A DNA stretch of 64,000 bases, taken from IMG/VR virus record IMGVR_UViG_3300020420_000671. One strand, given 5' to 3'. Shown one piece after another: positions 18,145 through 27,755 of this stretch. Position numbers and translations under genes: made by a program. The notes under the pieces were generated by a model. It was not told where the DNA came from and searched no databases. It worked only from the letters and a program-made list of their open reading frames with translations. The stretch comes from a virus. Lineage: Duplodnaviria > Caudoviricetes. The stretch's first letter is position 1, and every line of letters begins with the position of its first letter.

Positions 18145-19047
18145 ATGGACAAGGCAGAAAAGAAAGTATATTACAGTGAAATATTCCACTCTATTCAGGG
18201 AGAAGGACACTATACAGGTGTGCCTACTGCTTGGATACGTTTCTTTCTGTGTAACCTACAATGTAGTGGCTTTGGACAGATAGATCCTACAAATCCAGAA
18301 ACATATGATCTTCCGTTTTTAGATTATGATGTAAGTCAAGTAGAAAGAGTAGAAGACTTGCCTGTGTGGGAAAAAGGTTGTGATAGTTCTTACACTTGGG
18401 CAAAAAAATACAAACATCTTATGGGACATGAAGTTCCTAGTGTATTGGCAAACAAGATTGTAGATATACTAAGAACAGATTCGAATCCAGAAGGTTTGTT
18501 TTTACATCCTGTGAGTAAACAAAGACAACACTTATGTTTTACAGGCGGCGAACCCTTAATGATTACTGGACAGACAGCAAGTGTTGGCATTTATGAGGAA
18601 CTTGAAAAATTAGGTAACTTGCCTAGTTCAATGACTTTTGAAACTAACGGTACACAAAAGTTGAGAGATCCTTTTAAAGAATGGGTGAAAAGAATAGATG
18701 AAGAAGTATTCTTTAGTTGTAGTCCTAAACTGTTTACTGTGAGTGGAGAAGAAGCTAAAAAAGCAATTATACCAGAAGTAGTAGGTGAGTATGCTGATCT
18801 TTCTAATAAAGGACAATTAAAATTTGTTGTAGGTTCTGAACAACGACAATGGGATGAAATGGAATCTGTTGTAGAAAAATTTAAAGCACAAGGTGTTGAT
18901 TGGCCAATATGGGTTATGCCTGTAGGAGCCAGAGAAGAAGAACAGAGTGCGACAGCAGGTGATGTAGCAAAAATGGCTTTCCAAAGAGGATATAATGTAG
19001 CGGCAAGAGTACATGTATACTTGTTTGGAAACGCAATTGGAACGTAA
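18145..19047 (+). CDS. queE: 7-carboxy-7-deazaguanine synthase (radical SAM)
   Basis: YSEIFHSIQGEG, WIRF..CNLQC..GCDS, FTGGEPL, FETNGT, SPKL, RVHVYL. Confidence 0.9.
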   Translation: MDKAEKKVYYSEIFHSIQGEGHYTGVPTAWIRFFLCNLQCSGFGQIDPTNPETYDLPFLDYDVSQVERVEDLPVWEKGCDSSYTWAKKYKHLMGHEVPSVLANKIVDILRTDSNPEGLFLHPVSKQRQHLCFTGGEPLMITGQTASVGIYEELEKLGNLPSSMTFETNGTQKLRDPFKEWVKRIDEEVFFSCSPKLFTVSGEEAKKAIIPEVVGEYADLSNKGQLKFVVGSEQRQWDEMESVVEKFKAQGVDWPIWVMPVGAREEEQSATAGDVAKMAFQRGYNVAARVHVYLFGNAIGT

Positions 19048-19057
19048 AGGAGGTGAT

Positions 19058-19447
19058 ATGAAAGATATCATTAATAAGATAAAAGGTCTTGGCAAAAAGA
19101 AAAAAGAAGTAAAGAAACCTCTTAGTGCTGAAGAAGAAAGAAGAGCAGTATTAGCCAAAGAAAAGGAAGAAGCATCTAAGAAAGGTGAACCTTGGGTTGG
19201 TGTATTAGATACAAAAGTAAATCCAGATAACATCAAAAATGGTTTTTTCGAGCTTGATTGGAATAATGAATTTATTGAACAATTACTCGATGCTGGCTAT
19301 ACTGGCGAATCAAATGAGCAAATTGTTGATGCTTGGTTCAAAACTATTGCTAGGCAAGTGCTTGAAGATGGTGGAGAAGACCCAGATAGAAATGCTGGTT
19401 TTATAGACACTACTAAAATTGATGAAAAGAAAACAAAAGTTTCTTGA
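19058..19447 (+). CDS. Conserved phage hypothetical protein
   Basis: AGGAGG RBS; EPWVGV..GFFELDWN. Confidence 0.7.
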   Translation: MKDIINKIKGLGKKKKEVKKPLSAEEERRAVLAKEKEEASKKGEPWVGVLDTKVNPDNIKNGFFELDWNNEFIEQLLDAGYTGESNEQIVDAWFKTIARQVLEDGGEDPDRNAGFIDTTKIDEKKTKVS

Positions 19448-19472
19448 CAAATTACACAATAGAAAGTATAGT
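19444..19472 (+). promoter_or_regulatory. Sigma70-type promoter producing a probable leaderless mRNA
   Basis: TTGACA-17 nt-TATAGT with ATG 6 nt after the -10 box. Confidence 0.75.
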
Positions 19473-19478
19473 AATACT

Positions 19479-20465
19479 ATGACTTACATATTAGTAGATA
19501 CAGCAAATACATTTTTTCGAGCTAGACACGTAATACGTGGAGATTTAGAAACTAAAATTGGTATGGCATTACATATCACGTTAGGTGGTATACGTAAAGC
19601 ATATCAGGACTTTGAAGGTGCTCATGTTGTATTCTGCTTAGAAGGTCGTAGTTGGCGTAAGGATTATTATGAGCCTTACAAAAGAAATAGAAGTGATGCT
19701 CGTGCGGCACAGACAGAAAGAGAACAAGAAGAAGATAAAGTGTTCTGGGAAATATTTGATGAGTTTAATAAGTTTGTAAGTAACAAAACAAATTGTTCTG
19801 TATTACATCACCCTACTTTAGAAGCAGATGATTTGATCGCAGGTTGGATACAAGCACACCCTAATGATAATCATGTTATTATATCAACCGATGGTGACTT
19901 CGGACAACTTATTGCTCCTAATGTAAGTCAATACAATGGCGTACAAAATACTATTATTACACACGAAGGATACTTTGATGATAAGAAAAGATTGCCTGTG
20001 ATAGATAAAAAGACAGGCAAAGAAAAGCCTGCTCCAGATCCTGAATGGTTATTGTTTGAAAAGTGTATGAGAGGTGACACAAGTGATAATGTGTTTAGTG
20101 CTTATCCTGGTGTAAGAACAAAAGGCACAAAAAATAAAGTAGGCTTGTTAGAAGCATACGCAGATAGAAAAAGTAAAGGATTTAATTGGAATAATCTAAT
20201 GTTACAACGTTGGATGGATCACAAAGGAGAAGAACATAGAGTTCTTGACGATTACAATAGAAATGTTGTTCTGTGTGATTTATCAGCACAGCCTGGTAAC
20301 GTTAGGTCAATTATAAATGACGTAGTAGAAGATGCTATGGAACAACCGAAAAGCATATCACAAGTTGGATTACATCTTATGAAGTTCTGTGCTAAACATG
20401 ACCTACAAAAGATAGCAGATAATGTTCAACAATATGCTGAACCACTACAGGCAAAATACTCATAG
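19479..20465 (+). CDS. rnh: 5'-3' exonuclease / T4 RNase H-like (PIN fold)
   Basis: ILVD, YKRNR, EADDLIA, STDGDFGQL, GDTSDNV. Confidence 0.9.
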   Translation: MTYILVDTANTFFRARHVIRGDLETKIGMALHITLGGIRKAYQDFEGAHVVFCLEGRSWRKDYYEPYKRNRSDARAAQTEREQEEDKVFWEIFDEFNKFVSNKTNCSVLHHPTLEADDLIAGWIQAHPNDNHVIISTDGDFGQLIAPNVSQYNGVQNTIITHEGYFDDKKRLPVIDKKTGKEKPAPDPEWLLFEKCMRGDTSDNVFSAYPGVRTKGTKNKVGLLEAYADRKSKGFNWNNLMLQRWMDHKGEEHRVLDDYNRNVVLCDLSAQPGNVRSIINDVVEDAMEQPKSISQVGLHLMKFCAKHDLQKIADNVQQYAEPLQAKYS

Positions 20466-20474
20466 GAGGCAAAT

Positions 20475-20951
20475 ATGATAAAAGCAAAACCAATACTAAA
20501 AAATAAATTTTGGATTATAGAAAACAATGGACAAAGAATAGGCACATTATCTAAGCAAGAAGATAAAAGATATATGTATAGTTGTGCTACTGGTACTGAA
20601 TATTTTTCGGATACAAAAAGTTTCAACAGTTACATAGGAGGAGTAAGCTGGGATAAAACAAGTATTTCAGATGCTGACTCTGTCACAAAAGAAATACACG
20701 GATTTAGTACTTCAACTAAACCACACAATGTGATTTATAATGTACAGAAAAAACTTCCGCTTTTTACAAAAAGTAAAAAGTCTAAAAGTTTATATTGTGC
20801 TGGATATTATATAATTAAGTTTGACAAGGGTTGGGTAAGAAGTTTTTGTCCTAAACTTGTTACTCTTGAAACCTATGATTACAAAGGACCTTTCAAGACA
20901 GAATTTACTATGAGAGAGGAACTTAAAAATGCAAACAAAAGAAGCTATTAA
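20475..20951 (+). CDS. Hypothetical protein
   Basis: AGGAGG RBS, 158 aa. Confidence 0.7.
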   Translation: MIKAKPILKNKFWIIENNGQRIGTLSKQEDKRYMYSCATGTEYFSDTKSFNSYIGGVSWDKTSISDADSVTKEIHGFSTSTKPHNVIYNVQKKLPLFTKSKKSKSLYCAGYYIIKFDKGWVRSFCPKLVTLETYDYKGPFKTEFTMREELKNANKRSY

Positions 20952-21174
20952 TACTATTCCTATACAAAAGTTTATCCAACAGGTAAAGATTGCTGATTCA
21001 GGTCAGCATAAAGAAATTAGGATGAATATACAAGAAGCAAAAAATCTTATGTTTTCTTTAAGCACACTCATTGCTAATACACAAGGCAGACTAGAACAAC
21101 TTATTGTTGATAACAAATCAACTGGTGAAGAGACTGTTACAATAGCAATGGACGGTGGTTCTGAATGGAAATAA
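20929..21174 (+). CDS. Hypothetical protein
   Basis: 81 aa, coupled to the upstream gene. Confidence 0.65.
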   Translation: MQTKEAINTIPIQKFIQQVKIADSGQHKEIRMNIQEAKNLMFSLSTLIANTQGRLEQLIVDNKSTGEETVTIAMDGGSEWK

Positions 21175-21234
21175 ACAGATAGTTTAACCTAAAAAGAGAT
21201 AAATATATACGTATATAATTTGAAGGATACGTAT

Positions 21235-21525
21235 ATGAGTAGACCAAAACCTACAGTAATATTAGAGAACATTGATAAGAACAATTACAAGTGTGAACAA
21301 ATACTAAAGGCAGAAGCTATATGGGCTGTCTTTTTTAAAGGTGCTCCTTTTAATTTAAAAACCTCTAATGCTCTTACAAATTACCCCGGACCTAAATATA
21401 AGAAAGTTTCTTTTTCAAATCCAGGCCATGCTCATAATCTAGCTAAGAAGCTAAATGAGATGTTCAAGTGCGAAGACTTTTCCGTGTATAAACTTACAAG
21501 TGGAGAAGTGGTAACGGATGAATGA
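21235..21525 (+). CDS. Conserved phage hypothetical protein
   Basis: MSRPKPTVILE start; ATAAATA at 21199-21205 upstream. Confidence 0.7.
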   Translation: MSRPKPTVILENIDKNNYKCEQILKAEAIWAVFFKGAPFNLKTSNALTNYPGPKYKKVSFSNPGHAHNLAKKLNEMFKCEDFSVYKLTSGEVVTDE

Positions 21526-21905
21526 ACTGGAAAGAAACATACACTAAGATCTTCCTAAAACAGGCTGATATTGCAATTAGTGAAACATCACTAAAGCAGT
21601 ACATGCCTCTATGGTGGCAAAACACCAGAGGCAAAACACAAGGCGGATTACGTCTTACTGATGATGGCTTTGATTTTCTTGCTGAAAGAATAGATCTACA
21701 GATGTATGAAATACCGTTTCCTAAAGATTTTACCATGACTACCCAAACTGTCATTTTTTTAGACCAATTCATAAATTGTCCATACTATCTTGGTAACAGA
21801 AGTATATGGGTAACGGATGAAAAGAAGTCTATGGAACTACATCTTTTCTCAGGTGATCTCCGAAAATATGGTTTAGTGAAAGCAATCGAACGCCAAAAAA
21901 AATAA
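21522..21905 (+). CDS. Hypothetical protein
   Basis: 127 aa, ATGA coupling. Confidence 0.7.
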   Translation: MNWKETYTKIFLKQADIAISETSLKQYMPLWWQNTRGKTQGGLRLTDDGFDFLAERIDLQMYEIPFPKDFTMTTQTVIFLDQFINCPYYLGNRSIWVTDEKKSMELHLFSGDLRKYGLVKAIERQKK

Positions 21906-21924
21906 TATTTTGGTAAAAAAGAGG

Positions 21925-21952
21925 TTGACTTTTATCTAATTGATGCTATACT
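21925..21952 (+). promoter_or_regulatory. Sigma70-type promoter with extended -10
   Basis: TTGACT-16 nt-TATACT, TG at the extended -10 position. Confidence 0.65.
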
Positions 21953-21998
21953 GTATACATAGTTAGAAATTAGGCACTGACACAAAAAGGAGTACAAA

Positions 21999-23087
21999 AT
22001 GGAAAATATCGCACTAAGAACAGTTAGTCCGAACGGAGCCAAAAGAAGCATCCGTAGGGCATTCAAGAAGAAAAGACCAATTTTTATTTGGGGACCTCCA
22101 GGCATTGGTAAGTCTGAAGTAGTTCACCAGATTGGTGATGAATACAAGAAAGCTCTTGTAATAGACATTAGACTTTCATTATGGGAACCTACAGACATTA
22201 AAGGTATTCCATATTTTGATAGCAATGCTGGTACAATGGTTTGGGCACCACCATCAGAGCTTCCAGACGAAGCAACTGCTAAAAAATATGAAGTAGTTAT
22301 TTTGTTTATGGACGAAATGAATTCTGCTCCGCCGGCAGTACAAGCGGCGGCTTATCAGCTTATATTAAACAGACGTGTTGGCACATATCATTTGCCAGAT
22401 AACGTTGTTATTGTTGCGGCTGGTAACAGAGATGCTGACAAAGGTGTTACTTATAGAATGCCTGCTCCGTTGGCAAACAGATTTGTACACCTAGAAATGA
22501 AAGTTGATTTTGAGGATTGGTTACAATGGGCCGCCGAACATCAATTACATTCAGACGTTGTAGGTTATTTGACTTTCGCAAAGAAAGACTTGTATGACTT
22601 TGATCCTAAAAGTCCAAGTCGTTCCTTTGCTACACCGCGTTCTTGGTCATTTGTTTCCGAATTACTGGAAGACGATGATGACGAGAATACCACTACCGAT
22701 TTGGTAAGTGGTGCCGTAGGAGAAGGACTTGCCGTTAAGTTTATGGCGCATCGTAAGGTTGCTTCGAAACTCCCTCAACCAATTGACATCTTAGATGGCA
22801 AGGTAAAGGAGTTAGAGACTAAAGAAATCAGTGCCATGTATTCCTTAACAGTCTCTTTATGCTATGAACTGAAAGAAGCCTGTGATAAAAAGGATAAAAA
22901 GTTTGATACGAAAGTTAATAACTTCCTTAGATTCGCAATGGATAATTTTGATACAGAATTGGTTGTAATGGGTATTAAGTTAGCCCTCACACAATACTCA
23001 CTACCAATTGACCCAGATGAGGTTGACTGTTTCGATGAGTTCCATAACAGGTTTGGTAAGTACGTAACTGCGGCTCAAAGTGCATAA
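21999..23087 (+). CDS. MoxR-type AAA+ ATPase
   Basis: Walker A GPPGIGKS, Walker B ILFMDE, AAGNR, LANRF, TPRSW. Confidence 0.9.
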   Translation: MENIALRTVSPNGAKRSIRRAFKKKRPIFIWGPPGIGKSEVVHQIGDEYKKALVIDIRLSLWEPTDIKGIPYFDSNAGTMVWAPPSELPDEATAKKYEVVILFMDEMNSAPPAVQAAAYQLILNRRVGTYHLPDNVVIVAAGNRDADKGVTYRMPAPLANRFVHLEMKVDFEDWLQWAAEHQLHSDVVGYLTFAKKDLYDFDPKSPSRSFATPRSWSFVSELLEDDDDENTTTDLVSGAVGEGLAVKFMAHRKVASKLPQPIDILDGKVKELETKEISAMYSLTVSLCYELKEACDKKDKKFDTKVNNFLRFAMDNFDTELVVMGIKLALTQYSLPIDPDEVDCFDEFHNRFGKYVTAAQSA

Positions 23088-23101
23088 TAGCACTGGGAGT
23101 T

Positions 23102-23133
23102 TGGGCGTCTCCTTTAAAAAACGCCCATTTTTT
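23102..23133 (+). terminator. Rho-independent terminator
   Basis: TGGGCGT...ACGCCCA stem followed by a T run. Confidence 0.75.
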
Positions 23134-23136
23134 CAC

Positions 23137-23165
23137 TTGACAAATGATGAAAAATGTTGTATATT
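23137..23165 (+). promoter_or_regulatory. Sigma70-type promoter
   Basis: TTGACA-17 nt-TATATT. Confidence 0.7.
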
Positions 23166-23196
23166 AAATATATAATAAGGCAATACGGAGAGGCAC

Positions 23197-24465
23197 ATGA
23201 CAATAGATACTAAAGGATTTGAACCAAAAAAGCTCACAAAAGAAGAGCTAGAGGTAATGAGAGCAGACGTTGCTGATAGAATTATCGTAGCAAGAGTTGG
23301 TTTATTACTACGACATCCGTTCTTTGGTAACATGGCAACTAGACTTAAAGTTGAAAACTGTGATGCTTGGTGCCCTACTGCCGCTACAGACGGTAAGCAT
23401 TTATTTTACAATACACAATTTTTTAATGCTCTTTCTAACAAGGAAATAGAGTTTGTTATAGCACATGAAATACTTCATTGTGTTTTTGATCACATTATAA
23501 GAAGAGAAGATAGAGATCCAGAAATATACAATATTGCTTGTGACTATATTGTAAACAATACACTGGTCCGTGATAAAATAGGTGATCCTGTAAAAATGAT
23601 TCCAATATATCAAGACTGGAAATATGATAACTGGCAATCAGAAGCAGTATACGATGATATTTACGAAAAGGCAAAAGAGAACGGTAAAAAGTTCTTAGAA
23701 CAAATGGGTCAGTTACTTGATGAACATATTGATTGGGAAAAGAAGCCTGGACAAAGTAAAAAAGGTAAAGGTGGAAAAGGGCAACAACGTCCATATTACA
23801 CAAAAGATGAAATGAAAAAGATTAGAGATCAGGTTAAAGAAAACATGATTTCTGCGGCACAATCCGCTGGTGCTGGTAATGTTCCTGCTGAAATAGAAAG
23901 AATGATAAAGGAACTAACAGAACCAAAAATGAATTGGAGAGAAATACTAAGACAGCAAATACAGGCAACTATAAGAAACGATTATACTTTTAGTCGACCT
24001 AGTAGAAAAGGTTGGCATACTGGTGTTGTATTGCCAGGTATGAATTTTGATCAACAAATAGATTGTGCTATTGCTTTTGACATGTCAGGTTCTATTGGAG
24101 ATGATCAAGCAAAAGACTTCCTATCAGAAGTAAAGGGCATAATGGATGAATTCAAAGAATACAATGTTAAGTTGTGGTGTTTTGATACAGCCGTGTATAA
24201 TGAACAGGATTTTTCCAGCACAGACGGGGAAGACTTTTCAAACTATCAACCCATTGGTGGCGGCGGTACAGAGTTTATGTGTAATTGGGAATACATGAAA
24301 GAACATGATATACAACCTAAAAAGTTGATTATGTTTACAGATGGTTATCCTTTTGGTAGTTGGGGTGAAGATGATTACTGTGATACAGTCTTTGTAATTC
24401 ATGGACATCATGATAAAAACTTTACTGCTCCTTTTGGAATAACTGCCCATTATGAGGATGCCTAA
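23197..24465 (+). CDS. Metallopeptidase-like plus VWA domain protein (DUF2201-like), MoxR partner
   Basis: AHEILH zincin motif; MIDAS DMSGS, GGGT, FTDG. Confidence 0.85.
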   Translation: MTIDTKGFEPKKLTKEELEVMRADVADRIIVARVGLLLRHPFFGNMATRLKVENCDAWCPTAATDGKHLFYNTQFFNALSNKEIEFVIAHEILHCVFDHIIRREDRDPEIYNIACDYIVNNTLVRDKIGDPVKMIPIYQDWKYDNWQSEAVYDDIYEKAKENGKKFLEQMGQLLDEHIDWEKKPGQSKKGKGGKGQQRPYYTKDEMKKIRDQVKENMISAAQSAGAGNVPAEIERMIKELTEPKMNWREILRQQIQATIRNDYTFSRPSRKGWHTGVVLPGMNFDQQIDCAIAFDMSGSIGDDQAKDFLSEVKGIMDEFKEYNVKLWCFDTAVYNEQDFSSTDGEDFSNYQPIGGGGTEFMCNWEYMKEHDIQPKKLIMFTDGYPFGSWGEDDYCDTVFVIHGHHDKNFTAPFGITAHYEDA

Positions 24466-24471
24466 TATTAT

Positions 24472-24753
24472 ATGAAATTAGAATACAAACTAAATCCACA
24501 AGATTATTTTAAGTTTAGGAAACTTAATCACCAGTCACCTCATTTGGCTGTAATTGACCTACCACTAAAATATAATATCCAAAATGCTATAGAAACTTGG
24601 ATAGATTCAAATCTTAAAAACAGATATTTTATTGGAAAATCAATAGGCTTAACCAAAAGTAATAGCATTGATCAAGTTCTTAGAGTAGGATTTGAGGATC
24701 CAAAAGAGCTGTCTTTTTTCGTTTTAGCTTGTCCACTTTTGAAGTACAAGTAA
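24472..24753 (+). CDS. Hypothetical protein
   Basis: 93 aa ORF. Confidence 0.6.
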   Translation: MKLEYKLNPQDYFKFRKLNHQSPHLAVIDLPLKYNIQNAIETWIDSNLKNRYFIGKSIGLTKSNSIDQVLRVGFEDPKELSFFVLACPLLKYK

Positions 24754-24792
24754 ATACTGAGCAGATAATTACTATATAAAGGAGTATAAAAT

Positions 24793-25086
24793 ATGTCTGA
24801 AAACACAACTGTACAAGGTACAAAACCCGCTGAAGCACCTACTGGAGCACCGGCTCAAGGCACACCGCCTGCTGGATCACCTGTAGAACTTACAGTACAA
24901 GATCTTGGAGTTATTAAATCCATTATCGATGTTGCTTCACAGAGGGGTGCTTTTAGAGCAAATGAAATGGAAGCCGTTGGCAAAACTTTTAACAAACTGG
25001 ACTCATTCCTTTCAACTGTTCAAAAAGCTGAAGAAGAAGCAAAAAAGGCCAACGAAGGCAAAGAAGAGTCTAAAGGAGACAAATAA
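24793..25086 (+). CDS. Hypothetical protein
   Basis: AAGGAG RBS; LTVQDL..IID.ASQRGAF motif. Confidence 0.7.
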   Translation: MSENTTVQGTKPAEAPTGAPAQGTPPAGSPVELTVQDLGVIKSIIDVASQRGAFRANEMEAVGKTFNKLDSFLSTVQKAEEEAKKANEGKEESKGDK

Positions 25087-25742
25087 TGGCTGATATAAAA
25101 CACGTAGGTCGACTTAAAGCAAACCAACGAAAGGTTGTTGTCGCTTACAAAGTCATACCAAATGAAGATCCAGCAGTAAGTGCATTGATAATTGATACGG
25201 CAACTTTAGAAGATGCTGATCACGATGCTTTAATTAATACTGTCCAAGGTAACGCAGGCCAGTCAGCATTTGAATTTGCTGAAGTAATGGCAAGAAGCAC
25301 ATTACCTGATGGTTCGAACATGTTAGCTAGATTCCATGCTACTGGAAAATTAGTTAAAGTTCCGCACACTTCAGTTGAAATGATGCCTAATCCAAACACA
25401 ATGATAGGGTTAGATGAATTAGTGAAAATTATTGCTGAACAAAGAGGCACAACTGTTGCAGGTTTGGCTATGGAAGATCCAAACAAATTGCCAGAAGGCA
25501 CAACAATTACAGAAGCTGGTTCAGTAAGCGAGATGCCAAAAACATCAAACGTAGCGGCTGAAGCACAGGCGGCAAGTATTCAAGCCCCAGACAACGCGGC
25601 ATTATCAGATGAGCAATTAGCGGCGAGCTATAGATCTCAAGCTGATAGACTTTATAAAGAAGCAAAAAGTCTTAGAGAACAAGCTGAAGAGCTAGTTCCT
25701 ACTAAAAAGAAAAGCAAAGCCAGTGTCAAAGCGGCTTCCTGA
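25086..25742 (+). CDS. Hypothetical protein
   Basis: 218 aa, TAATG coupling. Confidence 0.7.
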   Translation: MADIKHVGRLKANQRKVVVAYKVIPNEDPAVSALIIDTATLEDADHDALINTVQGNAGQSAFEFAEVMARSTLPDGSNMLARFHATGKLVKVPHTSVEMMPNPNTMIGLDELVKIIAEQRGTTVAGLAMEDPNKLPEGTTITEAGSVSEMPKTSNVAAEAQAASIQAPDNAALSDEQLAASYRSQADRLYKEAKSLREQAEELVPTKKKSKASVKAAS

Positions 25743-26040
25743 TGATGTAATAAAGCATTGGCCAGACGTTTTCAAAGATATTGATATTCACACTATCCCC
25801 ATAAACTATCTTAGTTCTATTAAGGTAGAGTTTAAAAAAGGTAGAGTATGGGAGATAGATTGTAATGCTAAAAGAGAAACTGGCGCTGATCTAGACAAAA
25901 GCATATCAGATCTATTTAAACAGTACGGAGACGATATATTACACGTCGATTTTAGGCTTAATACACCTAGACTTAAGAGGGACATAGAAAAACGTACTAG
26001 AGCATTCCTAAAAAACCCAAGAAAAAAGAGAACACGATAA
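25723..26040 (+). CDS. Hypothetical protein
   Basis: 105 aa ORF, GTG start. Confidence 0.6.
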   Translation: MSKRLPDDVIKHWPDVFKDIDIHTIPINYLSSIKVEFKKGRVWEIDCNAKRETGADLDKSISDLFKQYGDDILHVDFRLNTPRLKRDIEKRTRAFLKNPRKKRTR

Positions 26041-26086
26041 TTGATTAATGTGATAAATATATATAACAATGAATTAGGAGTATTAG

Positions 26087-27184
26087 ATGGGTACTTTAAG
26101 ACTTAAAAGAGGAACAAAAGAAGCACTACAAACCAACCCGGGTTTTACACCTGCGGAGGGTGAACTTGTTTATACAACCGATAGCAAAGAGGTATTTGTA
26201 GGCGATGGTGCCACACAAGGTGGCATAGCAGTTTCAGTATCCACACAGAACCTAGAAGATTTAGGTAACGTTCAAGCACTAGCGGCACAAAAAGACCAAA
26301 TATTAGTATATACAGGATCTAATTGGGCGGCGACAGACAATCCAGCAGTAGACATACGTGGTAACATTTACGGTGATGATTCAACACTATTAGTTGATGC
26401 TATCAACGGAAAAATAGTAGGACCAGTTGAAACTTCAACTGTAGCGGCAACTACACTAACAGGAAACCTTACAGGTGATACTAACGGATCACATACAGGC
26501 GGAGTAGTAGGTGATGTTGTAGGTAATGTAGTAGGAACTATCACTGGTTCATTAACAGGTACTATGACCGGTTCAGTGTTTGGTGACGACAGTTCAGGAT
26601 TACTAGTAGACGGTATCAATAACAAAATTACTGGTGCTATTAATGCTATGAATGTTTCAACCTTTGATAATACTATCAACATAGGTACAAAAGTAGCTAA
26701 TCCAGCTTTTAATTATAACACAACGTCAACAAACGGTTCTTTTCCACAATCAACTATACAGATAAGAAATGTACATAACGATGTAACAGCAGACGAATTA
26801 GGTCTTTTCAGATCCAGAGGAACTTTAGGAGCAAGAACAACTGTACAAGCAAATGATGTAATAGGTGGATTTGGTTGGTCAGCATATGATGGAGCATCAG
26901 TTTTAATTGGTGCGAACATGAATAGTGTTATTAATAGTGTTTCCGCTAATAATCTATCAGCAGATTTAATTATTAGAACAAGAAACGGTGCTATATCAAC
27001 ATACGGCGAAGCAATGAGAATCAAAGCAGATAAAGGTGTGACAACAGCAAGTTACGTCCAGTTTGGTAGTTTAACAACTACACAAAGAGATGCTCTAACA
27101 GCCGCGAATGGTATGGTGATATATAATTCTACAGATAATAAGTTCCAAGGCTATGAAAATGGTGCTTGGGCTAATTTAATTTAA
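26087..27184 (+). CDS. Tail fibre / virion appendage protein
   Basis: LKRGT..GELVYTTD.KEVFVGDG N-terminal module, Gly-x-x-x repeats, duplicated GDDS..LLVD.IN.KI motif; ATAAATA at 26053-26059. Confidence 0.7.
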   Translation: MGTLRLKRGTKEALQTNPGFTPAEGELVYTTDSKEVFVGDGATQGGIAVSVSTQNLEDLGNVQALAAQKDQILVYTGSNWAATDNPAVDIRGNIYGDDSTLLVDAINGKIVGPVETSTVAATTLTGNLTGDTNGSHTGGVVGDVVGNVVGTITGSLTGTMTGSVFGDDSSGLLVDGINNKITGAINAMNVSTFDNTINIGTKVANPAFNYNTTSTNGSFPQSTIQIRNVHNDVTADELGLFRSRGTLGARTTVQANDVIGGFGWSAYDGASVLIGANMNSVINSVSANNLSADLIIRTRNGAISTYGEAMRIKADKGVTTASYVQFGSLTTTQRDALTAANGMVIYNSTDNKFQGYENGAWANLI

Positions 27185-27755
27185 ATAATTTACCCTTATC
27201 ATATAAATCAACAATTTCACCAAAAGGTATATCTGTACTAAATTGGCAATGAAATCTATAATCATTTGTCTCGTTTGTAGCATTATGATATTCTAACAAG
27301 TTAAAAATCACAGCAGTATGATCTTGATAATTTATAGTTTCCTGTAATTTAAATTTAGCATTATCGTAATCATTGTACTCCCCCTCCTCTAAAGTCCAAA
27401 ACTTTGTTGGTCCGAAACTACGAATATCTAAAGGATAAACAGGAATACTAATTACACTTACTCTTGGCACAAAAGGATTCTTTTGGTCTACATGAATCTT
27501 TCCTATGGTAAAAGGCGTTTGTCCTAGTATTTCATAGTGTACATCAACCATAAACTTTTTGCCAATTTCATCCATAAGTTCTGTAGGAATCAAATCTCTA
27601 GGACAATACCAATTCCAATCTGTTTTACCATACTTGTCTGGCTTTGTACCAGTATAAGCAAAATTGTCTTTGTGTTTCAGTATATGATCTGCTAATTTAG
27701 ATCTAGTTTCTTTACAGAAAGTTAATTCTTTTATGTGTTGATAATAAGGTCTCAT
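27171..27755 (-). CDS. Putative Fe(II)/2OG-type oxygenase
   Basis: HVD...YHNA...R facial-triad pattern. Confidence 0.55.
   Translation of the reverse strand: MRPYYQHIKELTFCKETRSKLADHILKHKDNFAYTGTKPDKYGKTDWNWYCPRDLIPTELMDEIGKKFMVDVHYEILGQTPFTIGKIHVDQKNPFVPRVSVISIPVYPLDIRSFGPTKFWTLEEGEYNDYDNAKFKLQETINYQDHTAVIFNLLEYHNATNETNDYRFHCQFSTDIPFGEIVDLYDKGKLFKLN

Noticed and set aside
9740-19047. Simple host-type queuosine tRNA pathway
   Set aside because: No QueC, QueF, QueA or QueG in the window, the TGT is atypical, and the genes are linked to replication; it cannot be fully excluded without the rest of the genome
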